The position numbers and the translations under genes were made by a program. The notes beneath the pieces were generated by a model. It was not told the origin of the DNA and searched no databases. It was given only the letters and a program-made list of their open reading frames with translations. From an uncultured Holophagales bacterium (GTDB taxonomy: Bacteria > Acidobacteriota > Thermoanaerobaculia > Multivoradales > UBA5704): a stretch of DNA of 64,000 nt. The DNA lies in the NCBI GenBank assembly GCA_963842525.1, contig CAWJGT010000019.1:320001-384000 (forward strand), written 5' to 3'. Positions within the stretch are counted from its first letter, which is position 1, and the number at the start of each line of letters is the position of its first letter. Positions 49,288 to 59,991 of this stretch are shown here, piece after piece.

Positions 49288-49695
49288 ATGAAGTCACCAG
49301 TACACATTGTAGTGCTCGTGGCCCTGCTTTTGGCGCCTGCCCTGGCGATGGCCGAGAGTTCGTCTGTGGGAACCGAGGCGAGCACACCCTTGCTGCAGGC
49401 CCTCGAAGGGGCAACCTGCGGCCAGTCGGTCGTGGAACAGGGAATCCCCAAACCGATGTGGAAGACGTGCACCGCAGACCTGGACTGCCCTGACGGGTGT
49501 ACCACGTTGCACTGCGTCGGCAATACGACTTGCGTGGTGGGCTCGACCTCAGTGACCTGTGACGGCGTCGCCACTAATTGCCCCTATCCAGCGTGCTCCC
49601 CTCCGCAGTTTTGCCCCAATAAGTGCGATTACTGCGAGTGTGTGGCCCTGGGTATCCCGATCTTTAACTGTGTGCGGGCCTACTGTTCCTGGTGA
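49288..49695 (+). CDS. Small secreted cysteine-rich protein (15 Cys)
   Basis: GGAGG RBS; signal peptide ending ALAMA; 14 Cys in the last ~76 aa. Confidence 0.8.
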   Translation: MKSPVHIVVLVALLLAPALAMAESSSVGTEASTPLLQALEGATCGQSVVEQGIPKPMWKTCTADLDCPDGCTTLHCVGNTTCVVGSTSVTCDGVATNCPYPACSPPQFCPNKCDYCECVALGIPIFNCVRAYCSW

Positions 49696-49699
49696 GCCA

Positions 49700-51881
49700 C
49701 TACCCCGATAGCGCGCGCAGCTCCTTGCTGTCGGGGTGCACGGCGAGGGCGTGCCGCAGCAGGGCGGATGCTCCCCGTGGATCGCCCAGGATGCGCAGGG
49801 TGCGGATAGCTTCGGCGTAGGCGGCGGGCGAGCCGTTGCTTTCGACCAGGCGCCGCAGCACTGCCAGGGCTTCGTCGGATTTCCCCTGCGAGGCGTAGAG
49901 CATCGCGAGGTTGGCCCAGGAGCGGGTGTCGGCGGGGAAGTCGCGGATCTCCTGCAGGAAGGCCTGCTCGGCTTCGGCCTCGCGGCCGAGGCGGGCGAGG
50001 ACGTCCCCCCGGATCAGGGAGAGGCCGGCGAACTTCTGGCCCGCGGCGCCGGTCCGCGCCAGCTCGGCAGCGGCCTCTTCGACGGTGCGCAGGGCCTCCT
50101 CCAGGTGCCCCTGCTTCTGGAGGACCTGCGCCAGGGTGAGCAGCGGAGCGAGCCGCGGCCCCGGCGCGTCCAGGGCCGCCCGGGCCGCCCGCTCGGCGTC
50201 GTCGAGCCGGTTCTGCGCCAGGGCGGTCTGCGCCAGCAGGCTGTTGGCCATGGCCGGGCTGACCGCGAGGCCGAGCTCGGCGTGGGAGCGCGCCTCGTCC
50301 AGCCGCCCCATCTCGAGCAGCAGCGAGCTCGCCGCGAGCGCGATGTGCGGCGCGCCGCCCGAGCCCTTGAGGGCCTTCTGGTAGGCGGCCAGCGACTCTT
50401 CGTGCTGCCCGAGCTTCTGCAGCGCCAGGCCGAGGTTTTCCCAGGCCTCCACCATGTTCGGGTTCGCCGCCACCAGCCGCCGGAGGACCGGCACGGCCTG
50501 CCGGAAATCCTGGCGCGCCACGAGGCCCAGGGCCCGCTCGAGGCTCCGGGAGGTCGGCGATGCGGCTCTTCGGGTCCGGCAGCGTCTCGCCCTCCCCGAC
50601 GCGGACCGTGCCGCCGGCGTAGCCGAGGGCGGCCAGCCGCGCCGCCGTCTCGGGATCGACCGCCGCCGGCGCCTGAAGCTCCCGCCGGAAGCCTCCCGCG
50701 GCCTGGCGCAGTGCCGCATAGGCCCGGCGCTCGGCGCCCAGGACGTTCTTCGTCTCGCGCGGATCGGCGGCGAGGTCGTAGAGCTCGGGGTCGGGGCCCT
50801 CGATGTAGTGGAAGCGGTCGCGGATCACCGACGACAGCTCGCTCCAGCCGAAGTGCAGCCGGGGGTACCAGGTCTCGGCATAGAGGTCGCGCGGCGCGCT
50901 CCCGGCCGGGGCCAGGAGCGACCGCCCGGACAGCGCCGGCTCGCCCTTTCCCATGGCGGGAGCCTCGACGCCGGCCAGACCGAGCAGCGTCGGGAAGACG
51001 TCGACCAGCTCGACCGGCGCGGAGACCGCCTCGCCGCCCCGCTGCGCGCCGGGCAGCTTGAGGAAAAGGGGGACCTGAAGCGCTTCGCGATAGAGGAGGA
51101 TGCCGTGCTCGTTCTCGCCGTGCTCGCCAAGCCCTTCGCCATGGTCCGAGAGCAGGACGACGACCGCCCGGTCGTAGACCTCCAGGCGCTTCAGCTCGTC
51201 CAGGAAGCTTCCCACGATGGCATCCGCCGCCGCGATCTCGCCGTCGTAGCGGTCCGCGTAGCGCGCGGCGAACGGCTCGGGCGGCGCATAGGGCGTGTGC
51301 GGCTCGTAGAGGTGGAGGAAGAGGAAGAACGGCTTGTCCTTGTCCGCCGCGAGGGTGCGCACCCAGCGCAGCGCCGCCGCCGCGGCCTCGCCCCCCGGCC
51401 GCTGCGAGGAGCCGAGCGACTCGTTGAAGCGGACCTTGACGCCGTCGTCGTAGGCGTCGAACCCGTGGCCGAACCCGGTGTCGCCCCGCAGCACGTAGGC
51501 CGAGACCGCGCCGCCCGTGGCATAGCCGGCCGCCTGCAGGATCCCCGGCAGGCCGGGGGCCTTCGCGGCGTCGTAACGGTAGCCGACGTTGTCGCGCACG
51601 CCGTGGTCCCCCGGCAGGCGGCCGGTGAAGATCGACACGTGCGAGGGCAGGGTCAGCGGGATCTGGCTGTAGGCCCGCTCGAAGAGGATCGAGTCCCGGC
51701 GCAGCGCGTCCAGGGCCGGGGTCTCGACCTTGCCGTAGCCATAGGCCGGCAGGCGGTCGGACCGCAGCGTGTCGATCGAGATCAGCACGATCGGCGCGTT
51801 GCGGAAGACCGGCGTCCCGTCCGACTTGCTGCCGCGGTCACAGGCGGCGAGCAGGAGGAGGCACAGGCCGAGGGTCCTCAC
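49700..51881 (-). CDS. Sulfatase-like hydrolase/transferase with C-terminal TPRs (frameshift near 50550)
   Basis: VLISIDTLRSD, TLPSH, FLHLYEPHTPY, YDGEI, SDHGE, HG..LY, ELYDL..DP.E. GTG start at 51881, or ATG 52028 reading through the REPIN. Confidence 0.9.
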
Positions 51882-52024
51882 CCCCCGGCCCCCTCTCCCA
51901 TCTCCCTTCCACCCCCCGCCGGGAGAGGGGGAGAACGACGAATTCAGAAATTTGAACATAGATTTTCTCCCCTCTCCCGGTGGTTGGGGAGTGCGGTTGG
52001 GAGAGGGGCCGGGGGTGAGGGTCC
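51870..52024. repeat. Inverted REP pair (REPIN-like) at the 5' end of the sulfatase gene
   Basis: CCTCACCCCCCGGCCCCCTCTCCC..GGGAGAGGGG, an AT-rich spacer, then the inverted copy ending GGGGGTGAGGGTCC. Confidence 0.85.
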
Positions 52025-52028
52025 GCAT

Positions 52029-54173
52029 CTATCCCCCGAGCTGCGCCAGGACCTGGCGCGCCTTCTGGATGTCGGCTGCCCAGCGCGCGGGCGGGGCGGT
52101 GGCCACGAACCGCGAGAGGGCCTGCTTGGCCTCCGCCACCTGCCCTGCCTCGGCGGCCGCGAGGCCGAGGTTGTAGAGGGCGTCAAATTGCCGCGGATCG
52201 ATCGCCACGGCGCGCTGCCAGGCGGCGAGGGCTCCGGCCGGATCACCCAGCCTGTAGCGGGCCACACCCAGGGTGTTCCAGGCGATGGGGAGCTGCGGGT
52301 TGAGCTGGAGCGCGCGCTCCAGCCGGACGCGCGCCCCGCCGGCGTCCCCCGTGCGCAGCAGGACGATCCCCAGGTTCTCCTGGACCTTGGGGTCGTCCGG
52401 GCCCGCCGCGGCGGCCCGCTGGAGGACGGCGAGGGCCTCGCCGTGCCGGCCGTCGTCCGACAGGGCGATGCCGAGCGCGTTGAGGGTGGTCGCGTCGCCC
52501 GTCTCCGCGAGCGGCTGCAGCACCTCGACCGCCTCGTGGGCGCGGCCGGCCTCGGCGAGGGCCAGGCCGAGCCCGCGCCGCAGCGAGGCGGTCGGGGTGC
52601 CTCGCCGGAAAGCGTCCTCCAGCACGTCGACCGCCTCGGTGTGCCGTTCGAGCTGGCGCAAGGCCAGGGCGAGGTGCAACGCGACCTCGGTCATGTCGGG
52701 CCGCTCGGCGAGGACCTCGCGGGCGACCGTCGCCGCCTGCTCGTAGCGGCCCTGCGAATAGAGCTCGATCACCTGGTGCATCTGGCGGTCCAGGCCCACC
52801 AGGTTCTTGGGGTCGTCCGCTGCGGTGTAGACCTTCCTGGCCTCGCCCGAGCCGGTGGAGTAGCCGAGGCTGCGCAGCCGCGCTTCCTGCTCGGGAGAGA
52901 CCGCGCCCTTGGGCGGTGGCCAGACCGATTCCGCCGGGAGAGATCCCTCCAGGGCCCTCGCCGTCCGCCGCTCCTCGGCGTAGAGGTTAGTCTTCTCCTG
53001 CGGGTCCTTCGCCAGGTCGTAGAGCTCCGGCAGCGGCAGCTCGATCAGCTTCCTGCGCTCGCGCAGCAGGCCGCGCAGGGGGGCCCAGCCGCGGTTGAGG
53101 CTGGCCGAGAGCGCCTCGAAATAGGTCGACGCCGCGGGGTCCGGGCTCGCCAGGAGCGACCGCCCGGGGAGGCTTTTCGGCGGATCGAGCCGCAGCGCGC
53201 CGAGGACCGTGGGGAGGATGTCCACGTGCCGCGCGGGGCGGGCGTCCCGTCCGGGCCTGATGCCAGGTCCCCAGACCACGAGCGGCACCTTCAGGGTGGC
53301 CTCGTAGGCGAAGAGGCCGTGGGTCTGCTCACCGTGGTCGCCCAGGGCCTCGCCGTGGTCGGCGGTCACCACCACCAGGGCGGGTTGCTTGCCGTCCAGG
53401 AGCGGCCCGAGCAGGGGCGCCAGGAACGCATCGGTGGCCGCGACCTCGCCCAGGTACGGCTCGTCCCGGAAGCGGCCGGCGAACGGCTCCGGCGGGGTGT
53501 ACGGGGAGTGCGGATCGTAGAGATGGATCCAGAGGAAGCGACGCTGCCCGCGGTGGGCGTTCCACCAGACGAGGGCCGGGCCGACCACCTGGTCGCCTCG
53601 CCGTTCAGCCATGGCGAACTCGTCCGGCCGCGAGCCGCGGGGGAAGCGGTCGTCGTATTCGTCGAACCCCCGGGCGAGGCCGAAGCCATGGTCGAGCGGA
53701 TAGGCGCCGACGAAGGCCGCGGTGGCCCAGCCCGCCTGGCGCAGGAGGGTGGCGAGGGTCGGCACGGTATCCGGCAGCACGAAGCCGCTGTTCTCGCGCA
53801 CTCCATGCTGGTATGGGTAGAGCCCGGTCAGGATGTTGGCGTGCGAGGGGAGGGTGACGACGTTGTGGGCGTGGGCGTCGTCGAACACCCGCCCGGCCGC
53901 GGCCAGGCGGTCGAGCACCGGCGTGGCGGCGCGCCGGTTGCCGGCGAATCCGAGAGCGTCGGCGCGCAGCGTGTCGAGTGTGATGAGGAGGACGTCGGCC
54001 CCTTCGAGGCTCGGCCCGGGGTCAAACGGCCCGGCAGTGTCCTGAGCAGGCTGATCAGGGTTGGGGACCGGGCCTGCCGCGCGGTCGCGGCAGGCGGTCA
54101 CTGTCATGAGCAGGGCGCCCCAGGCCAGCAGCAGGACGGCGAGCGCCGGGAGGCGGCGGGGGCGTGGGCGCAT
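52029..54173 (-). CDS. Sulfatase-like hydrolase/transferase with C-terminal TPRs
   Basis: LLITLDTLRAD, TLPSHANILTG, HLYDPHSPY, ADHGE, ELYDL..DP.E, TPRs. Confidence 0.93.
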   Translation of the reverse strand: MRPRPRRLPALAVLLLAWGALLMTVTACRDRAAGPVPNPDQPAQDTAGPFDPGPSLEGADVLLITLDTLRADALGFAGNRRAATPVLDRLAAAGRVFDDAHAHNVVTLPSHANILTGLYPYQHGVRENSGFVLPDTVPTLATLLRQAGWATAAFVGAYPLDHGFGLARGFDEYDDRFPRGSRPDEFAMAERRGDQVVGPALVWWNAHRGQRRFLWIHLYDPHSPYTPPEPFAGRFRDEPYLGEVAATDAFLAPLLGPLLDGKQPALVVVTADHGEALGDHGEQTHGLFAYEATLKVPLVVWGPGIRPGRDARPARHVDILPTVLGALRLDPPKSLPGRSLLASPDPAASTYFEALSASLNRGWAPLRGLLRERRKLIELPLPELYDLAKDPQEKTNLYAEERRTARALEGSLPAESVWPPPKGAVSPEQEARLRSLGYSTGSGEARKVYTAADDPKNLVGLDRQMHQVIELYSQGRYEQAATVAREVLAERPDMTEVALHLALALRQLERHTEAVDVLEDAFRRGTPTASLRRGLGLALAEAGRAHEAVEVLQPLAETGDATTLNALGIALSDDGRHGEALAVLQRAAAAGPDDPKVQENLGIVLLRTGDAGGARVRLERALQLNPQLPIAWNTLGVARYRLGDPAGALAAWQRAVAIDPRQFDALYNLGLAAAEAGQVAEAKQALSRFVATAPPARWAADIQKARQVLAQLGG

Positions 54174-54191
54174 GAGGACGGTCGAGCCGGC

Positions 54192-55160
54192 TTACAGAGC
54201 CTTCAGGAACTCCTTGACCTCCTCGACCTTGGGATGCTTCGGGTCGAGCTCGAGGAGCTTCTGGAAGTCGGCCTTGGCCTCGGCGGTCTTGTTCAGGTTC
54301 AGGTAGACGAGGCCCCGGTAGTAGTAGGCGTCCGCCAGGCTGGGGTTCTCGTGCACCACGCGGTCGAAGTACTTGACGGCGTCGTCCAGCTTCTTCTCGT
54401 TGTAGGCCTTGATGCCGAGGTTGAGCAGCGCGTTGGGGTCGACCGTCGTGCCCTGGGGGAGCTTGGCCATCCACGTCTGGGCCTCCTCCTCCTTGCCCTC
54501 GGTCACCAGCAGGTTGACGAGCACCTGGATGGTCTCGGCGTCGTCGGGCTTGATCGTGAGCGACTTCTTCAAGGTCTCGATGGCCTTGTCGGCCTGCTTC
54601 TCGTAGCTGTAGGCCTGGGCGATGCCGCGCAGGATGGGCGGCTGGAACTCGGGCTCGACCTGCGCGATGGCCTTTTCGTACTCGGCGCGCGCTTCGGCGT
54701 ACTTCTGCTGGCCCATGAGGGCGTTGCCGTTCTGGACGGCGGTGAGCACGACCGAGCGCTTGTCGTTGGCTGCCGCCTGCTCCTGGACCTCCTTCGGGAT
54801 CAGCTTGAGCGCGATGTTGACCGGCGGCGCGGGGCCGAACTCGTTGACCCTGGTCTGGCCTTCGGAAGGCATGTAGCCCTCCTTCTCGATCAGGATGCCC
54901 CAGTTGCCCCCGGCCAGGCCGAGGACGGACCACTTGCCGTCCTTGTTCGTCTTGATCGGGTCGGGACCCGGCTGGGATGCGTCGACGCGGTCGGTGCCGA
55001 TGCGGAGGGTGATCGTGGCCCCATCCACGGGGCGCTTCTGCTCGTCGGTCACATTGCCCTGGAGGCGCCCTCGTCCCGCCCACTCCTGGCTCCACGCAGG
55101 CGAGCCGAGGACGAGCAGGAGAGCGGCCACCAGAAAAGGTTGAAAGCGGCGAAGAGGCAT
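54192..55160 (-). CDS. Exported protein: carboxypeptidase-regulatory-like domain plus TPRs
   Basis: Signal peptide, GRLQGNVTDE..PVDGATI..KTNKDGKW..GNW.I..EKEGY, then TPRs; AAGGAG RBS. Confidence 0.9.
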   Translation of the reverse strand: MPLRRFQPFLVAALLLVLGSPAWSQEWAGRGRLQGNVTDEQKRPVDGATITLRIGTDRVDASQPGPDPIKTNKDGKWSVLGLAGGNWGILIEKEGYMPSEGQTRVNEFGPAPPVNIALKLIPKEVQEQAAANDKRSVVLTAVQNGNALMGQQKYAEARAEYEKAIAQVEPEFQPPILRGIAQAYSYEKQADKAIETLKKSLTIKPDDAETIQVLVNLLVTEGKEEEAQTWMAKLPQGTTVDPNALLNLGIKAYNEKKLDDAVKYFDRVVHENPSLADAYYYRGLVYLNLNKTAEAKADFQKLLELDPKHPKVEEVKEFLKAL

Positions 55161-55266
55161 GGTGATCTCCTTTGTCCGAAGCTGCGTCAACTCCCGCCGG
55201 AGGCGGGCGCTCCGCTACCCATGCAAACAACGTGCGGGCAGGTGAGTTTACTCCCGGCGGGTCCAT

Positions 55267-55299
55267 AAAAAAACCGCCGGGGTTGCCCCCGGCGGTTTT
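55267..55299 (-). terminator. Rho-independent terminator after the TonB receptor gene
   Basis: AAAAAAACCGCCGGGG-TTG-CCCCCGGCGGTTTT: GC stem with a 7-T tail on the minus strand. Confidence 0.85.
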
Positions 55300-55324
55300 G
55301 ACTCAGCTGCTCAGACAGCCGCGA

Positions 55325-58300
55325 TCACCGGAAGCTCAGACGAGCGCCGATGCGGAGGATGCGCGGGCTGAGGTGCTCCAGGAGGTGGTTGGTGGTGGCC
55401 AGGCCAAGACGGTGCTGCCGCTGCATGACCGTGGCCTCGTTGGTCAGGTTGAAGGCGTCCACGCCGATGGTCACACCGACGTCGCTGAAGGTGAACTCCT
55501 TCTCGACGCGGGCATCGATGGTGTGGATGTCGTCAAACCGGAAGTCGTCCGGACCCGGGGTCGCCGCGATGAAGCCGCGGACCGGAGCCGGCTGGTAGTT
55601 GGCGGGGAAGTTCACGCGGGTGAAGTACGGGATCGGATAGCCCTGGCGGCCCTGGAAGTTGAGGGCGAAGTTGAAGCCCCAGGGACGATCCGGCGAGACC
55701 TGGTAGAGACCATTCACGCTGTACGACCACTCGCTGTTGATGTAGACGGCGCCCTTGGAGCCCGAGCCGGTGCCCGAGCCCTGGAGGACGGGGTCACCCT
55801 CGATGTCACCGCCGCCGAGGCTGATGGAGAGATCTTCACGCTCGCTGTCCGGAACGCTGCTCCACTGCCAATCCGCCCACGTGAAGTTGCCACGCAGCAT
55901 CCAACGATTGGCAAGGCGCTTGTTGAAGACGAGCGACGCGCCCTGATACTCCTGCTCGCGGTCGCCGTTCTCGAGGAACGTGCCGCCGCGGGTGCTGACG
56001 CCGTTCCTGAGCTGGAAGTAGTTGATGACCCGGGACTCGCCGTTGGGCAGCCGGACCGTGGTGGAGACAGGCACGTAGTCGTCCCGCCGGTGCAGGCGGC
56101 CGACGCCGTTGAGGCAGGAGTTGCAGTAGGGGTCGTTGCCTTCGAAGACGAGCTGCTCCTGCTCGAGGATGCCGGTGATCTGCCGGAAGGTCAGGTTCAG
56201 GCCGACCACGAACTCCGGGCAGGAGCGCGTGCTCGACGCTGAGCAGAACCTCATCGGTCAACGGCGCATCGAGGTTCGGGTCGAGCCCGAAGGACTGGAT
56301 GAGACCGCCGGTCCGCGGGTCCACGTTGGCGCTGACGCCGAAGATCGGGCTGGTCAGGTCGGCCAGGGTGATGTTCGGGCCGGTCGAGTTGGTGTAGGCG
56401 TAGGCGTAGCTCTGCGAGCCGAGCGGGTTGAGATAGGACGCGATGCCGGTGCCCATCTGGTCCGCGAACCGCGAGTAGCTGGCGCGCAGCAGGGTCTTGC
56501 GCTCAGCGCCGAGCGCGTAGGTGAGGCCGAGGCGCGGGGTGATGTCCGTCCACTCCGGCGTCGGGTCGCTGCCGTCGTAGTTCACCGCGGGGAGAGCGGA
56601 CGGCACCAGCGAGTTGGCCGGCACGCCGACCGCCAGGTTCTTGGCCTTCTGATTGTCGTACCGGACGCCGATGTTGGCCGTCAGGTTGCCGGCCGACAGG
56701 GTGTCCTGAACGTACAGGCTGGTGTACTCCTGCTCCACCGACGGCAGAGCCGCCCGGCTGAAGGCGATCAGGTTTCCACCCGGTGCGCCGATCAGGGGAC
56801 CGTTCTGGATGACGCCGACACCCGGCCAGGTGGACCGCGAGGTCACCTCGGCATTGCGGTAGCCGGCGCCGAACTTCAGCTCGTGGCTGAGGCTGCCGGT
56901 GTTGAAGAAGTTGGAGGCGTCCGCCTTGTACTGCTCCTGCGGGCGCTGGGTCTGGTAGAGGGCGAAGCTGTGCCGCCAGGTGGCGGTCTGGTCGAGGTAG
57001 GGGGTCGGGCCGGTGGAACCGATCCCGATGCCACCCTGCGGGATGAGCTGGAACCCGCCGTTGACGACCGAGTACAGGCCCGTCAGGTAGAAGTTCGAGC
57101 TGAAGATGTGGGTGTCCTCGAGCTTGTACGCGGTCGGGTCGTCACCGAACTTCGACTGGTTCGACCGTGGTTTCCTGCGGCCGGGTGGGACCGGCGTTGC
57201 GGCCGATCTTGATCTTGTCGCTGTTCAGAGCGAACAGGGTGGCCGAGTTGCTCGGGGCGATCTGGGCGTTGAGCTTGACGTTGGCGGTCTCGAGCTCGGT
57301 GAAGTCCTTGACCCCGTTGGGGAACGTGGGCAGCGCCGGAGCGGTGCGCAGGTCCACCTTCTGCAGGCCGTAGGCGCCCCAGATCCACAGGCGGTCCTTG
57401 ATGATCGGGCCGCCCAGCTCAGCGCCGTAGTCCTTGACGCTGATGATCCGGTTGCCCTGTGCGAAGTTCGCCTGGTTCGCCGACGGACCGGAACCGTCGA
57501 AGTCACGGCCGAGGTCGGAGTTCTCGAGGCTGGTGTCGGACTGCCAGTCGTCGTCACCGAGGAGGTAGCGGCCGGAGCCGCGCCACTCGTTGGTGCCGCG
57601 CTTCGTCACCATGTTGAGGACGACGCCGCCGGTCGCGATGGTGGAGTCGCTGCCGCCGGTCGTGACCTGCATCTCCTCGAAGGAGTCGAAGTCGTAGTAG
57701 GCGGGAGAGGAGCCGAGGGCCGCCATGTCGGTGATGACCACGCCGTCCACCGACCACACAGCCTGGTCGCCGCCCGAGCCCGGGCCGACGTACTGCGACT
57801 GCTGGCCGCTCTCGTTGCCACCGACGTTGATGCGGTCGGTGAGCACGCCCGGGGTCGTCGACAGGATGGCCCAGGGGTCGCGCGAGGAGGGGATCTTCTC
57901 GAGCTCGGTCTGGCTGACCGTCGCACCCGTGCTGATGCGCCGCTCGTCCAGCAGCGGCGTCTCAGCCGAGGACCGTGATCACGTCCTCGACCGCGGCCGA
58001 GAGCGTGACCTCGATCGACGTGTTGCGACCGATGTTGATCGTGACGGCCGGATACTCGATCGTCGAGAACCCTTCCAGCTCGGCCTTGAGCTGGTACGAG
58101 CCGGGGCTGAGACCCAGGAAACGGAACTGTCCCTGGGCATTGGTGACCTGCACTTGCGGAGCACCGCCGCCGGTGACGGTCACGGTGACCCCGGGCAGGG
58201 GGCTGCCCTGCTCGTCCACGACGGTTCCGTAAAGGTTGCCGGTCTGCAACTGGGCGAACGCGGCACCGCCGCCGACCAGGAGCAGTATCGCGGCGACCGC

Positions 58301-58333
58301 CACGATCTGTCCCCAAAGGTTCGTGTTCTTCAT
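55325..58333 (-). CDS. Oar-like TonB-dependent receptor, three apparent frameshifts
   Basis: Signal peptide, carboxypeptidase-like N-domain, plug VDGVVITD..FDSFEEMQVTTGG..GGVVLNMVTKRGTN, barrel strands, C-terminal PRILRIGARLSFR. Confidence 0.9.
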
Positions 58334-58745
58334 ATTCAATAAACCTCCCATTGAGTGATTGGTGAGCCTGCCGCGAGGGCTCGCGAAGGCTCGGGACGAA
58401 ACCAGGTGCGCTGTGTGCTCAGTTTCCGAGGCGACACCTCCTTTCCCTTTCGCGGGAACCATAGGCTGCTGGGAACGACTGACATTAACGAACATGACAG
58501 CCCTGGGTCAAGCAAGGGGGGTGCCACGCCGGACAGGCATTCTTTCGCGAGGTGCAAGCTCTTGGAAACATACGACTTTGGCCCGCGGCGCGATGCCCGG
58601 CCTGGACCCTGCAGGGCCGCCCGATCCAGCCCCTTGAACCGAGGCGATCCAAAACCTTGAACCGGCTGTCGGACCGGTCCGGCAGCCCTCCCGGCAGGGA
58701 CCGGGGAATTTCCCTGGCACGTCCCCTGCTATATTGAGTTACGCC

Positions 58746-59865
58746 ATGATCCGGATGAAGCTTACTGTTCCTCTCTTCTGCCTCGGTGCTACCCTGGCAG
58801 GGGCGGCGGGGTGCTCGCAATATCAGAAGTTCGACTCGGCCGGCCACCTGCGCCAGGAGTATGCCAGGAATGCCGGGGCCGAGGTGGCGGCCAGGACCAT
58901 CGTCCCCTTCGAGCTCGACGACGATCTGCGCAAGACGCTCGAGGTCAGGGTCAAGCCCGAGCCCACCGACCTGCGGACCATCAATTCCGTGCTCCGGTTC
59001 ATCTTCGAGGACCTCGATCTCCGCTATCAGCTCACCCCCACCCTCTCGGCGGTCGAGGCTTTCCGGACGCAGCGCGGCAACTGCCTCTCCTTCGTCAACC
59101 TCTTCGTGGCGGTCGCCCGCGAGAGAGGCCTCGACCCGTCCTACGTCGAGGTGACGGACTATACGAAGTGGAACCACCGGGCGGGGATGGTGGTCAGCCA
59201 GGGGCACATCGTGGCCGGCATGTACCTGGACGGCGAGCTGCAAGACCTACGACTTCCTCCCCTACCGGCCGAAGGCCTACAAGGCCTTCAAGCCGATCGA
59301 CGACCTGACGGCCGCGGCCCACTTCTACAACAACCTGGGCGCCGAGGCCCTGATGGACGGCGACCTCGCCCGCGCCCGCGGGCTGCTGCAGACCTCCATC
59401 GGCATCGCGCCGCGGTTCAAGGAGGGGTACAACAACCTCGGCGTCTGCCTGGCCCGCGGCGGCGACCTCGAAGGGGCGCTGGAGCTGTACCGCAAGGGCC
59501 TGGAGATCGAGCCCGGCAACGCCATGCTGCTCACCAACATGACGCGCGCCTACCAGCAGCTCGGCAGGACCGCCGACGCCGAGCAGCTCCTGGCCGAGAT
59601 CGACGAGTCGAATACGGGCAACCCGTTCTTCTTCGTCTATCAGGGCGAGATGGCCCTCTCCCGCGGCGCGACCGACAAGGCGCTCGAATACATGACCAAG
59701 GCACTGCGCCTGGAGAGCGAGGCCCCGGAGGTCCAGTTGGGCTTCGTCAAGATCTACCTGGCCCTGGGCGACACCGAGAAGGCCCGGCACCACCTCGCCC
59801 GCGCCCTCAAGCTGGACGCCACCAACCAGGAGGCACTCCGTTTCGCCAGCATGCTGGGAAAATGA
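58746..59865 (+). CDS. Lipoprotein with transglutaminase-like domain and TPRs (frameshift near 59243)
   Basis: AAGC lipobox-like; TLSAVEAF...GNCLSFVNLFVAVARERG; GHI; YNNLG TPRs. Confidence 0.8.
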
Positions 59866-59991
59866 GCCGGAAACCTTTCCGGGGCCCGCGGGGACTCACG
59901 GAGGGGTGCCGCCGCACCCGATGCACCCGACCACCCCCACCCGTCGAGGCCGTACCGTAGTACCATGGCACCCTGGCGAAGGAGAGCTGTC

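Noticed and set aside
45260-55268. Very long plus-strand ORFs (1056 aa at 45260, 1604 aa at 50454)
   Set aside because: Antisense shadows of glpD/TPR and sulfatase/TPR genes, typical of high-GC codon usage. The same applies to 5079-7124, 15895-17817, 21870-23501, 59896-62196 and 62097-63926.
29755-59865. Programmed frameshifting in the kinase, sulfatase, TonB and transglutaminase genes
   Set aside because: Breaks are scattered over unrelated genes with no consistent slippery motif; sequencing indels are the simpler explanation.
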